A stretch of 64,000 bases of DNA from Isurus oxyrinchus (taxonomy: Eukaryota). Each line of letters starts with the position of its first letter. Within the stretch, counting starts at the first letter, position 1. The stretch covers positions 868,001 through 932,000 of the forward strand of contig JANJGN010000031.1 of the NCBI GenBank assembly GCA_026770705.1, written 5' to 3'. The notes beneath the pieces are model-generated. The model ran no database searches. It was not told where the DNA came from and saw only the letters and a list, made by a program, of their open reading frames with translations. The position numbers and the translations under genes were made by a program. Shown one piece after another: positions 63,001 to 64,000 of the stretch.

Positions 63001-64000
63001 ATCTTGTTCGCGAAGACGGCATCGCATCAAAAATATTTTTAAAGGGATCAGGGCAATTAATTTCAATCGATGTGCTATTGCAGTAGAGGAAGCGAGGCCT
63101 GAAAGTGCGACGGAGACAGATTGAATAGTAATTTTCAAAAATGAATTGTATGAAACATTTGAAAACCTAAAGCAACGCTATTGGGAAAGAGAAAGTGCTA
63201 AGAATAATTGAATAGAGGGGCGAAAATTAAGGTTTTCGTTTAAAGATACTTTACTAACAAATCTAATAGGGGATTCAGATGCAATCTCTACCTAAGGAGT
63301 GGTGAGAATATATAACTCACTGCCACAGTAAATTGATTGTGCCGAACAGCATAGATGGCTTTAGTGGAGAAGTTAGTTAAGGATATGAGGGAGATGAGAC
63401 TGGACGAGTCCTGATACGGTAAAATGAAGAGGATTAAGATGAGATTTGTGTGAGAATATTGAATAGCTCCTTCAAAGCGCCGGGCCCGGGCTTAACTGTA
63501 AATGACCCTGATCTGTGCGCTATGATTCCATGATACATAAAAGTGCCTCCCTGCCTCAAGCAGAGGAGGTTTAATTTCCCATCTGAGAACAGAGTTTTAA
63601 ATGGTTAATTTGTTCGCAGTGTTGAACTCTTGGATGCTTTGAAAATTGTTCAAAAGACAGCTACAGTCTGATAGACAAATGGTTTAACGGTTTTCAACAA
63701 ATGCTTAAACCGCCATCAGGAGCCAGGTGTGCCAGTGAGAAATGAATCTGGACAGGTGTCTCAATTTTGCACTGTGAATCAACTGTTACTCTTTTAACGG
63801 TTCTAAGATTAATTATTTCCTGTCTGGATAGATTTGCTCCTCTTAGAGCAGAGAAGTCAGGGCAAATTTGAAAGAGGAGTTGAAAATCATGAAGCGTTTT
63901 GATAAAGTAAATAATGAGACATAGAGCAGGATGGCCGTTAACCAGGAATTTAAAGTAACGACATAAGAACCAAAATGGGGACATAGGGACATAGGAGCAG

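Overview
Repeat-rich vertebrate genomic DNA, most likely from a cartilaginous fish (inferred from the CR1/Penelope/SINE landscape and the T-cell receptor sequences). The window is part of a T-cell receptor beta (TRB) locus that the ORF track mostly misses. The + strand carries one apparently intact V-beta gene (leader 33361-33409, V exon 33666-33965, perfect-spacing 23-RSS). It also carries a TRBV30-like ('CxWS') V pseudogene (24525-25076) and a headless paralog of it that keeps a consensus RSS heptamer (26751-26835). The - strand carries two V-beta pseudogenes (47699-48408 and 58779-59122), a J-beta pseudogene with a 12-RSS (44374-44454) and a decayed C-beta gene. The C-beta gene has an Ig-C exon at 43924-44286, a hinge exon at 43605-43625 and a probable cytoplasmic/3'UTR exon at 41960-42206; no TM exon or D segment was found. 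The + strand Vs therefore lie 3' of C-beta in inverted orientation, like mammalian TRBV30. Other features: a near-identical 5.2-kb direct duplication (15333-20496 / 36669-41834) bracketing the + strand Vs, and a young 5'-truncated Penelope-like element with an intact RT-GIY-YIG ORF, a 12-bp TSD and a hammerhead-ribozyme-like motif. There is also a U1 snRNA-derived copy lacking the Sm site, many decayed CR1-group LINEs and micro/minisatellites. All alignments were done by eye; family assignments rely on remembered motifs, not database searches.
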